Assembly: GCA_049297775.1 (NCBI GenBank)
Contig: JBAQUX010000017.1
Location: 21,337-85,336, forward strand
DNA: 64,000 bases
Direction: 5' to 3'
Source: Minisyncoccia bacterium
GTDB taxonomy: Bacteria > Patescibacteriota > Minisyncoccia > Phycocordibacterales > UBA2100
Shown: piece after piece, positions 10,664 to 20,925 of the stretch
Layout of the letters: every line of letters starts with the position of its first letter
Numbering within the stretch: the stretch's first letter is position 1
Translations under genes and position numbers: made by a program
The notes under the pieces: model-generated
What the model was told of the DNA's origin: nothing
Databases searched by the model: none
Seen by the model: the letters and a program-made list of their open reading frames with translations, nothing else

Positions 10664-10686
10664 AAAAAATCCCCTTTCGGGGATTT
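10664..10686 (-). terminator. Intrinsic terminator (aatcccctttcggggatt followed by T-run on the minus strand) after rplU
   Basis: 7-bp GC-containing stem, 4-nt loop, TTTTTT on minus strand. Confidence 0.6.
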
Positions 10687-10688
10687 AA

Positions 10689-11045
10689 TTACGCTACTTT
10701 TTCAACGATAACTTTCATAAATGGCTGGCGATGACCATTCTTTTTGAAGTATCTACTTTTTTGGCGATATCTGATAACAACAACCTTCTTTGCGCGCCCT
10801 TCTACAGCAACCTTTCCTGTAACCTTTACACCTGAGAGGTATGGAGTACCTACTTTTTGAGTTGTCCCGTCGTCCACGAGGAGCACCTTATCAAAAGTGA
10901 CAGTACCACCCTCTTCTGCGCCGAAAATAGATTCAACAGTAATTGTAGTACCTTCATGCACAATGTATTGCTTGCCACCCGTCTCAACAATAGCCATTGT
11001 AGTTCCGAGCTTTTTTGTTTCTTTTTTAGCTGTTTTTTCTGACAT
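10689..11045 (-). CDS. rplU: 50S ribosomal protein L21 with basic N-terminal extension
   Basis: MAIVETGGKQYIVHEGTTI matches the L21 N-terminus; a K-rich extension precedes it, so the start is uncertain (alternative ATG 10997; ORF open to 11081). Confidence 0.75.
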   Translation of the reverse strand: MSEKTAKKETKKLGTTMAIVETGGKQYIVHEGTTITVESIFGAEEGGTVTFDKVLLVDDGTTQKVGTPYLSGVKVTGKVAVEGRAKKVVVIRYRQKSRYFKKNGHRQPFMKVIVEKVA

Positions 11046-11125
11046 GGGCGCTATACTAGCTGAAACTACTCGTAAATGCAAGGCTCCTAGCCCACCAGGC
11101 TTGTCGTGTTGCCTTGTTTTAACCT

Positions 11126-12277
11126 CTATTTGATAGCCTTCGCGACTGCTTTTGCTACACGTGGATCAAACGTCTTCGGAAGAATTTGCTTTGCGGTAGG
11201 TTTTGCAACGAGTTTTGCCAATGCCTCAGCAGCACGAACAAGCATACTATCAGTGATGTTGCGCACTTTATTATCGAGTGCGCCTCTAAATATTCCTGGG
11301 AATCCCAGTGAATTATTTACTTGATTTGGAAAATCAGACCGTCCAGTCGCAATAACAACTGCCCCGCCTCTTTTTGCCTCTTCAGGCATTATTTCAGGAA
11401 TTGGATTTGCCATGGCAAACACAATAGCGTTTTTATTCATAAGCTGTATCATTTCAGCAGTGACGGTGTTCCCTTTTGAAACACCAATAAAAACATCTGC
11501 TCCTAAGAGTGCATCAATGAGAGTGCCCACAACCAAATGCTTATTAGTTCGCTCAGCAAGAGATTTTTTATATCCGGTGAGGGTGATATCTGAAAGTGCG
11601 AGCACGCCCTTACTATCTACAACGAGCACATCGTGTATTCCGTACCCTAAAAGCATTTCTGTAATTGCAGCACCAGCGGCGCCAGCTCCAGCAACCACAA
11701 CCTTCACTGATTCTTTTTTCTTTTTTACAACTTTTAGCGCATTAATAAGCCCGGCAAGTACTACCATTGCAGTACCGTGTTGGTCATCATGCATTACTGG
11801 GATATCGAGCATTTCCTTGAGTCGTTTCTCGATTTCAAAACAACGAGGTGCCGCGATATCTTCAAGATTAATTCCGGCAAACGATGGTGCGATGTTTTTT
11901 ATTGTGGCAATGATTTCTTCAGTATCATGGGTTCCAAGGACGACAGGCACAGCATCAACATTTGCAAGTGCCTTAAAGAGATACGACTTCCCTTCCATCA
12001 CAGGAAGAGCACCTTCAGGACCAATATTACCCAACCCAAGCACTGCAGACCCATCTGAAACTACAGCAACAGTATTTCCGCGCCATGTGTAAGTATTTGT
12101 GTCTGCCTTGTTTTTTGCTACATGTGATGAGACAGCAGCAACACCAGGAGTGTACGCGAGGCGGAGCACTTCTTGCGTGAGTTTTGTCTTTGGCTTAATT
12201 TCAATTTTACCTCTATTTTTTTTATGAAATTCAAGCGCTAATATCTCAACTGATTTTTTATTTATTTTTTTCTTCAT
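11126..12277 (-). CDS. NAD(P)-dependent malic enzyme (short, MaeB-type catalytic domains)
   Basis: YTPGVAAVSSHVA motif and dinucleotide fold VVAGAGAAGAA. Confidence 0.85.
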   Translation of the reverse strand: MKKKINKKSVEILALEFHKKNRGKIEIKPKTKLTQEVLRLAYTPGVAAVSSHVAKNKADTNTYTWRGNTVAVVSDGSAVLGLGNIGPEGALPVMEGKSYLFKALANVDAVPVVLGTHDTEEIIATIKNIAPSFAGINLEDIAAPRCFEIEKRLKEMLDIPVMHDDQHGTAMVVLAGLINALKVVKKKKESVKVVVAGAGAAGAAITEMLLGYGIHDVLVVDSKGVLALSDITLTGYKKSLAERTNKHLVVGTLIDALLGADVFIGVSKGNTVTAEMIQLMNKNAIVFAMANPIPEIMPEEAKRGGAVVIATGRSDFPNQVNNSLGFPGIFRGALDNKVRNITDSMLVRAAEALAKLVAKPTAKQILPKTFDPRVAKAVAKAIK

Positions 12278-12497
12278 TGTTTTATCCTAGCACAAAAAAA
12301 GGGCCGTACTCTACACATACCGACCCACTACGCACTACGCTACTGACCTAAGATCCAAGTCGCAACTCCCAAAAGTGGACCACCTACCGCAGCAGCGACG
12401 ATGATCATGGCATTTTGAGCGAAGTAACCCATCGGGGTCTCCATCAGCTATACGCGCGCACAGATTAATACTATACAATAAATTTTTAAAAAAGCAA

Positions 12498-13556
12498 CTA
12501 ATCCTCCATCGGCTTATCAATGGTAAGTGGCGTTACGCCAATAGATTCCCCAGAAATTTTCAGTACATCTTTCTCAATTTTACCAAGCTCTTTATAGCCA
12601 GCATTGTAATGATTTACCGATGTTGAGAGTGTCGCCCCAAGTTTTTTATAATACTCTTCCCACTTCCCTATATGCTTCCCGAGATCTTCCACTCGCGCAC
12701 GTATCTCCTTTGCTGATTCCTCAATTTGCATAGCTTTCAGACCCTGAAGGACCGTTTGAAGATACGCTAAAAATGATGTTGGTGAAACAATGATTACTTT
12801 TCGCGCAAATGCATACTTAATAAGATCTTGTGCTGAAATGGCGGAACCAGTACCAATGAGTATGTCGTAGTACACACCCTCTGATGGTATGAACATAAAA
12901 GCGAAGTCCATCGTATTTTCATTCGGACGTACATATTTACTTGTTTCATCAATACGCATTTTAAGGTCTTGTTTGAACAACTTTTCGAACTGAGCTTTCT
13001 CATCCGCATTTTGTGCTTGTATAAAACGGTTGTAATTTTCAAGTGAAAACTTCGAGTCAACGGGTATGACTTTATCCTTTACAAATATTGCCGCATCAAC
13101 AATCTCGCCATTTTCAAAACCATACTGCATAACAAATGATTTTGGAGGAAGTACATTTTGCAAAACCGCTTCGAGATAGTACTCACCGAGGACTCCACGT
13201 TGTTTAGGGTTTTTGAGCACGTCCGAAAGTTGTTTTAACTGCTCGGCGAAAGAAACTACTTGTTTATTTGTCTCACCAAGCTTGGTCAGTCCTTCTGTTA
13301 CCTCTCGTACTATCTTTACAGATTCAGACAATTGCTTTTGCACAGAGGTATTTATGTCCCTCGATGCTTCGCCGATGCGCGTGTCAACTGAGCGGCGTAC
13401 GTCTTGGACATCACGCTGAAGAAATGACAGTGCATCAGTAAGTGCTGTGTCTGGAACCTTGGGTTTATTCTCTTTAAGTAAGAACCAGAGCATAAACGCC
13501 ACGTTTAATACGACGAGCAGTACTAGAAAAATGATTAGGATAAGAAATTCACTCAT
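12498..13556 (-). CDS. rmuC: DNA recombination protein RmuC
   Basis: N-terminal TM helix, long coiled coil, C-terminal RmuC domain (RGVLGEYYLEAVLQNVLP..). Confidence 0.8.
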   Translation of the reverse strand: MSEFLILIIFLVLLVVLNVAFMLWFLLKENKPKVPDTALTDALSFLQRDVQDVRRSVDTRIGEASRDINTSVQKQLSESVKIVREVTEGLTKLGETNKQVVSFAEQLKQLSDVLKNPKQRGVLGEYYLEAVLQNVLPPKSFVMQYGFENGEIVDAAIFVKDKVIPVDSKFSLENYNRFIQAQNADEKAQFEKLFKQDLKMRIDETSKYVRPNENTMDFAFMFIPSEGVYYDILIGTGSAISAQDLIKYAFARKVIIVSPTSFLAYLQTVLQGLKAMQIEESAKEIRARVEDLGKHIGKWEEYYKKLGATLSTSVNHYNAGYKELGKIEKDVLKISGESIGVTPLTIDKPMED

Positions 13557-13565
13557 ATATGCACA

Positions 13566-16217
13566 TTATACCTGATGGTGCAGTGTCCCACATGCTAATT
13601 TAGATGACTCTACAAAAAGAACACGAGCAAGCGCAAAGCTGAATGCAATAACGACGTATTCATAGCGAATCGGCACCAGGGAGAGAACCTCACGCAACCA
13701 CGGAATAGCAAAGACGCCAGCAAACAGAATGATACTAAACCCAAAACTTACAATTATCGTCCTATTCAGATTGGTCATATTCGTGAGCACTGTTTCCTGA
13801 ATATCTCTAAAGCAAAATGCGGAGAGTATTGCACTGAGAGAAAGACTCATAAAAATGATTGTTTTAATCTCAGCCTGATCTGTTAACATAAACGAAAGAA
13901 ACACATAGAGCAGAAGCAGAAGGACACCCGTTCCCACACTTGTAATCGAAACAAGCTTCATCAGTTGTGGTGTCAGGATATTTGTAATTGCAGGCTCTCT
14001 TCCAATCATGCTGTCTTTCCGAGCCGGATTAAGTGCAAACGGAAAACTCATAAACCCTTCCTGGACAATATTTGCCCATAAAATTTGTACTGGCACGAGC
14101 GGTAGCGCAAGCCCACTGATAAGCGAGCCAGTGATGAGCACGACTTCCCCAAGACTCACTGAGAGTAGATACACGAGTACCGTCCGAATATTTTGCAGGG
14201 CCCGCCGTCCTTCTTGTATCGCATCAATAATTACTTTAAAGTTATCTTGCAGAAGGACCATATCACTTGCCTCTTTTGCAATATCAGTAGCAGAAGATAA
14301 CGAGACGCCAATATTCGCAGCAGTGAGTGCAGGTGCATCATTTATACCATCTCCGGTCATTGCGACTATCTCTCCCGATTCTTGCAGTAAATGTACAATA
14401 CGCAATTTATGTTCAGGAAGAACGCGTGCAAATATCTTGTGCGTCTTTAGTGCTTCGTGCAATTCATTATCAGTCATCTTTTCAACCGCTTCACCAAGAA
14501 GTACGTTCTTATACTCTGGACCTGTAAGCCCAATTTGTTCAGCGATATACAGTGCCGTTCCCGGGTGGTCACCGGTCGCGATGCAGATCTGAATATGCGC
14601 CTTCTCGGCAGTTTGCACTAATTCACGGACGCCATCACGTAACGTATCAGAAAAGAAAACGAGTCCTAAAAAAACAAACCCGAGGCGCTCACCGTGTTGT
14701 GGAACTTTTACATCCTCGGAAATAAAACGTTCAGTTGAAGCACGATACGCAACAGCAATAAACCGTTTTCCTTCTGCTGCTGCAAGCTTTTCTTCGATCA
14801 AAAAATGATTCGTCACTGCATCGGTAACAGGCTCAACTCCAGATGCCGTGGCGTACTTGGAGCATACCGCAAGAATGTGCTCGGGAGAGCCAGTCAAATA
14901 CATGCGCGCACCATCTTCTGGATGCTCGTTTAAGGTAATCGCGAAACGGCGAGTTGGCTCAAATTGCACAAGTTCTTTTTGTTCATGTCCAAGTTCCTTT
15001 AGTGCACGCTTATCAATGCCATGATCTAACCCGGCTCGCACTATCGCAATTTCAATAGGCCTTCCGTGCACCTGTAATGCACCATGCTCGTCAACCTCAA
15101 TAAAGGCGTCAGAGGCACGCACTGCCGTGCTCAGTATTTCAATTCCAAGAGCGCTCAAGGCATCCTTTTTCTCAGGACCAATCCCTGTAGAAACGCCTGA
15201 GAAGTGCATCTCTCCTGTTGTAAGTGTTCCAGTCTTATCTGTAAGAATTGTAGAAACTGAACCAAACGTTTCAGCAGAGTAGAGTCGCTTAATTAAGCCA
15301 CCACTAGCATGCACAGATTGCATTGCGGAAGAGAGCACGACGGTCATAACCGCTGGCAATCCTTCAGGCATAGCAGCGATTGATACGGCAAGGGCAACGA
15401 GCAACATCGTATACAAGTCCTCACCTCGTAGTGTTCCAGTGGCAATTATAAGTACTGCAACTGCAAGAATGAAGTACACAATGTGATACGACAATGACTG
15501 TAAGTTTTTCTGTAAAGGAGTCTCATCTTCAAAGGAAGAGAGGACGCTCGACGCGATTGAGCCAAATCGTGTTGCCGTGCCCACAGACGTTACAAGCATT
15601 TTCCCGTAGCCTGATGAGATATACGAACTCCCCCATGCCATATTTGTCATATCTTGAGCACCAACATCACTACGAAGTGACGCAGTGGTCTTTGCTTGGG
15701 GTTTCCACTCTCCAGTTAATGCAGATTCATTTATTGCCAATTCATTTACTTCAATAAGTCTTCCATCTGCTGGTACTCGCACACCACCAGTAAGCAATAC
15801 GATATCACCGACGACAACATCTTCTGCTTGGATGTTTTTCTCCACACCATCACGAAGTACCACAGTCATGTGATGCACAGTTCCTTGTAAGGTTTCAAAT
15901 ATTTTTGACGACTGGCGTTCTTGATAGACACTCACTGAAACATTTATAAACACAACAAAAGCTATCACTGCACAGTCAACATAGGCACCTAAGAAAAAGG
16001 TTACGAGGAGTGCACCGAAAAGCACGAGCGCGAGTGGCTCTTTACATGCACGGAATACGGAACGTAGAAACGAGAACCCAAGCGCATTAGGTAGTATATT
16101 CTTTCCAAATTGTTTTGCGCGCAGCCCAAGCTCAGCATCTGGAACGCCTTGTAAAAGGTCAATATTAAACCTTGCTCCTATTTCAGAAACTGGCACATCA
16201 TGAAAGGTATTACTCAT
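13566..16217 (-). CDS. P-type cation-transporting ATPase (P2-type, Ca2+/Mg2+-like)
   Basis: PEGLP, DKTGTLT, TGDHPGTA and GDGINDAPAL motifs; about 10 TM segments; start taken at MSNTF (ATG 16215-16217), alternative 16235. Confidence 0.85.
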   Translation of the reverse strand: MSNTFHDVPVSEIGARFNIDLLQGVPDAELGLRAKQFGKNILPNALGFSFLRSVFRACKEPLALVLFGALLVTFFLGAYVDCAVIAFVVFINVSVSVYQERQSSKIFETLQGTVHHMTVVLRDGVEKNIQAEDVVVGDIVLLTGGVRVPADGRLIEVNELAINESALTGEWKPQAKTTASLRSDVGAQDMTNMAWGSSYISSGYGKMLVTSVGTATRFGSIASSVLSSFEDETPLQKNLQSLSYHIVYFILAVAVLIIATGTLRGEDLYTMLLVALAVSIAAMPEGLPAVMTVVLSSAMQSVHASGGLIKRLYSAETFGSVSTILTDKTGTLTTGEMHFSGVSTGIGPEKKDALSALGIEILSTAVRASDAFIEVDEHGALQVHGRPIEIAIVRAGLDHGIDKRALKELGHEQKELVQFEPTRRFAITLNEHPEDGARMYLTGSPEHILAVCSKYATASGVEPVTDAVTNHFLIEEKLAAAEGKRFIAVAYRASTERFISEDVKVPQHGERLGFVFLGLVFFSDTLRDGVRELVQTAEKAHIQICIATGDHPGTALYIAEQIGLTGPEYKNVLLGEAVEKMTDNELHEALKTHKIFARVLPEHKLRIVHLLQESGEIVAMTGDGINDAPALTAANIGVSLSSATDIAKEASDMVLLQDNFKVIIDAIQEGRRALQNIRTVLVYLLSVSLGEVVLITGSLISGLALPLVPVQILWANIVQEGFMSFPFALNPARKDSMIGREPAITNILTPQLMKLVSITSVGTGVLLLLLYVFLSFMLTDQAEIKTIIFMSLSLSAILSAFCFRDIQETVLTNMTNLNRTIIVSFGFSIILFAGVFAIPWLREVLSLVPIRYEYVVIAFSFALARVLFVESSKLACGTLHHQV

Positions 16218-16252
16218 TGCACGAAAGTATAGCATCCCGTAGAATAGAGCTC

Positions 16253-16711
16253 ATGATTAGTACACAACTTATTCGAGAAAAAATGAAGGATGCAATGCGC
16301 GCAAAAGACGCCCTTGCAACGGAAGTATTACGAGGAATGATGGCCGCGAGTACAAACGAACTTATTACACTGGGGAGAAAACCGAGTGATACACTTTCAG
16401 AACCTGAACTTGTTGCAGTAGTAAAACGAATGCTCAAACAACGTAAAGACGCTGCAGAACAATTCACTAATGGTGGCCGTGAAGATCTGGCATCAAAAGA
16501 GATTGCTGAACAAAAAATTATTGAACAATTCCTTCCCACACAAGCCTCTGAGGCAGAGATTGAGGTCGTCGTTCGAGAAAAAATTGCCGAATCAGGAGTT
16601 TCCGATAAAGCAGGCGCAGGAAAACTTATGGGAGCAGTTATAAAACATTTTGCCGGAAATGCAGACGGATCACTGGTCAAATCTGTTGTAGAACGCATAC
16701 TTGCCGCATAA
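16253..16711 (+). CDS. GatB/YqeY domain protein
   Basis: Full-length similarity pattern to YqeY; start at MISTQ (ATG 16253) inside a longer ORF. Confidence 0.7.
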   Translation: MISTQLIREKMKDAMRAKDALATEVLRGMMAASTNELITLGRKPSDTLSEPELVAVVKRMLKQRKDAAEQFTNGGREDLASKEIAEQKIIEQFLPTQASEAEIEVVVREKIAESGVSDKAGAGKLMGAVIKHFAGNADGSLVKSVVERILAA

Positions 16712-16714
16712 TCT

Positions 16715-17308
16715 ATGTCATTCACTGGTGAAGGCACATCCCCTTTCACTCACGAAGTGCCCGCACGCATCCCTTTTGAATTGGAGAGTCACAAAGAAGT
16801 TTTAGGTATCAAAAAAGATACCATCAAGTTCAAAGCGGCTAATCGTATACTTGAGGAACTCGCCAAAAGCGCAGAGACACTTTTACCTCCCCAGGTGGTA
16901 CGTCATGTTCAGGCGCGCACCGCATCGCTTTCAGAATATTTTACATACCCATTAATGTATGTAGATGTTTTTGCGAATAACCACACCGCGCGACGCGCCT
17001 GGAGGCAGTCCCTCGCACAAAACGATCCGCCAGCATTTACCCTCTACGAGCGGCAGCGAATAAAAAATAATGAACGTCAACGCCTTGGGGACATGGTATT
17101 TCTTATCATGCTTTTCAGTTCTCAATCTGAACAAGCGACCTCCTTACTGAATGAGGCGAACGAATTTCAAGATTCCTTACTTACTGCGGAAGCATACGGA
17201 CAACTCACCTCGGACGAAAAAATCGCATATGTCGATGAATTCGATAGAAATATTGTAAGATACATTAAGGGGCTCGGAGTCTGCGTTGGGTTGAAAATAG
17301 AGACGTAA
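16715..17308 (+). CDS. Hypothetical protein
   Basis: 197-codon ORF, co-directional and tightly spaced with neighbours; no recognisable family. Confidence 0.5.
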   Translation: MSFTGEGTSPFTHEVPARIPFELESHKEVLGIKKDTIKFKAANRILEELAKSAETLLPPQVVRHVQARTASLSEYFTYPLMYVDVFANNHTARRAWRQSLAQNDPPAFTLYERQRIKNNERQRLGDMVFLIMLFSSQSEQATSLLNEANEFQDSLLTAEAYGQLTSDEKIAYVDEFDRNIVRYIKGLGVCVGLKIET

Positions 17309-17340
17309 GTAGCATCGCTTCTGTGGTACATTAGTGACCT

Positions 17341-19098
17341 ATGGACCAGATACGCATAGTCTACCGTCAGTACGTACCTCATTTGCGCAATAATAAGCGG
17401 TATATAACGCTCACGCTGATAGGATTTGGAACAGCAACGATTGTTTCAGCTATCTTCTCTCCGCTCATCCTAAAAAGCATCATTGACACGGTATCAACTG
17501 GCACTCCAACTCCAGCAACCGCAACTACACTGTACTGGCTTTTTTTGGGACTCATTGCGACACGCACAATTACGTGGGCTTCGTACCGTATTGGCGATTA
17601 CTACACAACGTATTTTCAAGTTAATGTAATGCGAGATTTGTCGCATGCAATATTTACGCGCCTCACAAAGCACTCATACGAATTCTTTACACATCAATTT
17701 ACTGGATCACTGGTGTCGCACACCAATAAGCTCGTGCGTGCATTTGAGCAACTTGCAGACTTTATAACCTTCAACTTGTTCTCAGAAGGTATGCGTCTAG
17801 TAATTTCAGTAGCAGTACTCACATATATTGCTCCAATCCTTGGACTACTCTTTTTTGTACTCGTATCTATTTACTTTATAATTTATGCATACTACTTTAA
17901 GGAATCGTATGCCCTTAAAGAAGAATTAAGCACCACAGAGTCAAAAACTACCGGTGTTCTTGCTGACGCACTATCAAATATACTTTCGATAAAAATGTTT
18001 GCTCAAACAGAAGCTGAGTGGGCGCGCTTTAAGGACACTGTTTCCTACGAGAGTGACCGGCGACTAGCATCGTGGACATTTCAAGCAAAGCAAGGAACTA
18101 TTCAGCGCGCGAGCATGCTGCTCTTTGAGCTCCTAGCAATGGGGACAGCGCTTTACCTATGGGCTCATGCACAGATAACCGCGGGAACGATTGTGCTCTT
18201 GCAAATATATATCTTTGCAGCTCTCGATATCGTTTATAATGTCACCCGTAACCTCTCACGAGCACTTGGGTCTCTTGCAGACGCAACCCTCATGGCAACT
18301 GTTCTCGAAACTCCGGAATCCGTGCAAGACCCAAAAATACCGGAAGTGTTAAAAATCAAAGATGGTGAAATACGTATTAACAATATACATTTTAAATACG
18401 AGAAAAGCTCGGAGGTTTTTACAGACTTTTCTCTTGCCATTGGCGTAAAGGAAAAAGTAGGCTTAGTAGGTCATTCGGGTTCAGGAAAAACAACGATCAC
18501 CAAGCTCTTACTTAGATTTGCTGACGTCCAGTCAGGCTCCATAACGATTGATGGTCAAGATATACGAAACATAACGCAAGAAGACCTGCGATCTCAAATT
18601 GCGTATGTCCCTCAAGACCCACTTTTATTCCACAGAAGCATAAAAGAAAACATTCGATATGGGCGACCCACAGCGACTGATGAAGAAGTAATTGCGGTTG
18701 CAAAGAGAGCGCATGCGCATGATTTTATATCGTCACTCCCCCATGGATACGACACCCTTGTTGGCGAACGTGGCATTCGTCTCTCCGGTGGTGAGCGCCA
18801 GCGCGTCGCAATTGCGCGGGCAATGATTAAGAACGCACCAATACTTATTCTCGATGAGGCAACTAGTGCGCTTGATTCAATGAGTGAGCGCAATATTCAG
18901 CACGCATTTAAAGAGCTTATGTATGGAAAGACAGTTATCGTTATTGCACACAGACTTTCTACGATTCAAGAAATGGATCGCATTGTGGTCTTTGATTCAG
19001 GAGCAATTATAGAAGAAGGGACTCACAGTAAACTTGTTGAGAAAAACGGCGTCTACGCCGAGTTCTGGAAGGAGCAGACCAGTGCGTATATTGATTAA
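17341..19098 (+). CDS. ABC transporter, fused permease/ATP-binding protein (exporter type)
   Basis: 6-TM N-terminal domain; Walker A GHSGSGKTT, signature LSGGERQRVAIARA, Walker B ILILDEATSALD. Confidence 0.88.
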   Translation: MDQIRIVYRQYVPHLRNNKRYITLTLIGFGTATIVSAIFSPLILKSIIDTVSTGTPTPATATTLYWLFLGLIATRTITWASYRIGDYYTTYFQVNVMRDLSHAIFTRLTKHSYEFFTHQFTGSLVSHTNKLVRAFEQLADFITFNLFSEGMRLVISVAVLTYIAPILGLLFFVLVSIYFIIYAYYFKESYALKEELSTTESKTTGVLADALSNILSIKMFAQTEAEWARFKDTVSYESDRRLASWTFQAKQGTIQRASMLLFELLAMGTALYLWAHAQITAGTIVLLQIYIFAALDIVYNVTRNLSRALGSLADATLMATVLETPESVQDPKIPEVLKIKDGEIRINNIHFKYEKSSEVFTDFSLAIGVKEKVGLVGHSGSGKTTITKLLLRFADVQSGSITIDGQDIRNITQEDLRSQIAYVPQDPLLFHRSIKENIRYGRPTATDEEVIAVAKRAHAHDFISSLPHGYDTLVGERGIRLSGGERQRVAIARAMIKNAPILILDEATSALDSMSERNIQHAFKELMYGKTVIVIAHRLSTIQEMDRIVVFDSGAIIEEGTHSKLVEKNGVYAEFWKEQTSAYID

Positions 19099-19102
19099 AT
19101 CT

Positions 19103-20320
19103 CTAGCGAGAAAGGTAGACAGTAAAATGTCTTTTAAAAACAATAAGAAACAGGGTCACGAGCGCGGCACAAATAAAGACGCTGCGCATGGTGAAATATG
19201 TAAGTAACACTCCACAAACAAAGAACATGAGTATTTTACCCGTTTGATACGAAATTTCTGCAATTGTTGTGTACTCGTCTATGTAATGTCCGCTATCTGC
19301 TGCACCACTAAACCCCGTCACATTTCTTGAAAGTCGAGCAACAGAATCGCCAAATTTATGATATGTATCAACAATGTACACTTCAAATGGAGTGCCCACA
19401 AAAGCTTTGAGGAGCCAACCAGACATTGAGAGCAAGACACCGACACCCATCACCTTTTCTACTCCATACTTATCAATATAGCGACCAAGAAGGATGTTAA
19501 GTAATAAGATTGAAATGAGTGAGAGTGTGGTAACGATACCCACGGCAATATATTTTTCATTGAGCACCTCGAAAAGAAAGATAGGCCAAAGCACCGTTGC
19601 TACACCCAACTGCGCACCATCAGCTCCGTAACCAATCAATAACTTTCTATTTTTTTTGTGGAATAAACGACGAAAAGTTTCTAGGTATGTCCACGAAAAT
19701 CGCTCATATGTTTCATGTATGAAAAGCACTGGGAGAAGTGCGGTAAAACACAACAAAGAGACGAAGAGGAGCGTGTCATTAAAACCAGTAACAACGATTA
19801 AAATCGCACCTATAAGCGGAGTAGCGATTGAGACAAGTTCAAGCAAATCTTCGTACCATCCAAGAGTTACTCCTCTGTTTTGCTTTCCGAGTGCCTCCGC
19901 AAAATTCACATGATACGGCACCCAATACAGTGAGTGATGAATACCGAACAAAATCGCAAACAACATGGCTGCGGCTACTGGTGAAATATCAAAAAAAGAA
20001 AGCGCCCACACAGACATTGCCGCAAATGGTACCGAGAGAGCGATGAGTTTTCGTACGCCTACCTGTGCGAGCAATCGTGCAGATATCGGCGTACATATAA
20101 TTATTATTAATGATATAAGAATATATACCCCTAAAATTCTAATACCGAACAGCTGATACAAAAGTACTGGAACAAACACATTTACGAACCCAAATGCCAT
20201 TTTCAAAATCATTCTGTTTACCAAAAGAGCACCTGCGTGCTTTGAGAATGACGCGATAGCGCTTGAAGTGGTCTTAATCGCAGTATGAGGAGATTTTCTG
20301 CCACGAGTTCTATAAGTCAT
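19103..20320 (-). CDS. MFS-type transporter
   Basis: About 12 hydrophobic helices in a 6+6 arrangement. Confidence 0.65.
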   Translation of the reverse strand: MTYRTRGRKSPHTAIKTTSSAIASFSKHAGALLVNRMILKMAFGFVNVFVPVLLYQLFGIRILGVYILISLIIIICTPISARLLAQVGVRKLIALSVPFAAMSVWALSFFDISPVAAAMLFAILFGIHHSLYWVPYHVNFAEALGKQNRGVTLGWYEDLLELVSIATPLIGAILIVVTGFNDTLLFVSLLCFTALLPVLFIHETYERFSWTYLETFRRLFHKKNRKLLIGYGADGAQLGVATVLWPIFLFEVLNEKYIAVGIVTTLSLISILLLNILLGRYIDKYGVEKVMGVGVLLSMSGWLLKAFVGTPFEVYIVDTYHKFGDSVARLSRNVTGFSGAADSGHYIDEYTTIAEISYQTGKILMFFVCGVLLTYFTMRSVFICAALVTLFLIVFKRHFTVYLSR

Positions 20321-20391
20321 CTGCGCATTTTAGCGTAGATATTGCAAAAGCTCTTCGTTCGGCGGAGCGGAGCTGTGGACTACGTAGTATT

Positions 20392-20925
20392 TTATCTTAA
20401 AAATTTTATTAACGTTGAAGGGGACGCATCACACACACCTCCCTCAATGCAGATATCGATACCTTCCGGAAACTGTAGAAGTACTTCTTTTGTCGTAGTT
20501 GCTGGTGACTTCCCTTTCATGTTTGCTGATGTTGAAATAATAGGACCGACACGCTGTATCCACTTAATTAAGTCAGGGTGTTGCGGGAGTCGGCATGCAA
20601 GCGTTCCGTCTGAAGACAAATGATTCCATGTGTCAGAAATTCCTGAAAAAATAATTGAGACTGGCCCAGGCCACACTTGAGAAAGTACGTGCAACTGCCC
20701 TTCCGTAGGTACAATACCAAACATCTGTAGGTCATCTACTGAACCAATAAGGACAATGAGGTGCTTCTCGCTGTTTTCCCCTCGAGACTTCAATTGCTGA
20801 ATTTTAGCAATGGCACTCACGTCTGTAACAGCGCACGAAAGGCCATACACGGTATCAGTGGGACATGCAATTACTAGCCCTGCGGGCATAACGTGCACAT
20901 CATCGAATGATACAGTCTTAGTCAT
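20392..20925 (-). CDS. tsaC: L-threonylcarbamoyladenylate synthase (YrdC/TsaC family)
   Basis: YrdC fold signature LVIACPTDTVYGLSCAVTD; start at MTKTV (ORF open to 20955). Confidence 0.78.
   Translation of the reverse strand: MTKTVSFDDVHVMPAGLVIACPTDTVYGLSCAVTDVSAIAKIQQLKSRGENSEKHLIVLIGSVDDLQMFGIVPTEGQLHVLSQVWPGPVSIIFSGISDTWNHLSSDGTLACRLPQHPDLIKWIQRVGPIISTSANMKGKSPATTTKEVLLQFPEGIDICIEGGVCDASPSTLIKFLR

Noticed and set aside
9399-12092. Plus-strand ORFs of 140-226 aa (9399..9827, 9912..10502, 11412..12092) inside folC and the malic-enzyme gene
   Set aside because: They are antisense shadow ORFs of well-supported conserved genes, with Ser/Thr/Ala-rich low-complexity translations.
12335-12520. 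61-aa ORF from the six-frame track
   Set aside because: Cys/Arg-rich low-complexity translation, no start context, and it overlaps the rmuC 3' end. The alternative 34-aa hydrophobic frame is reported instead as a low-confidence finding.
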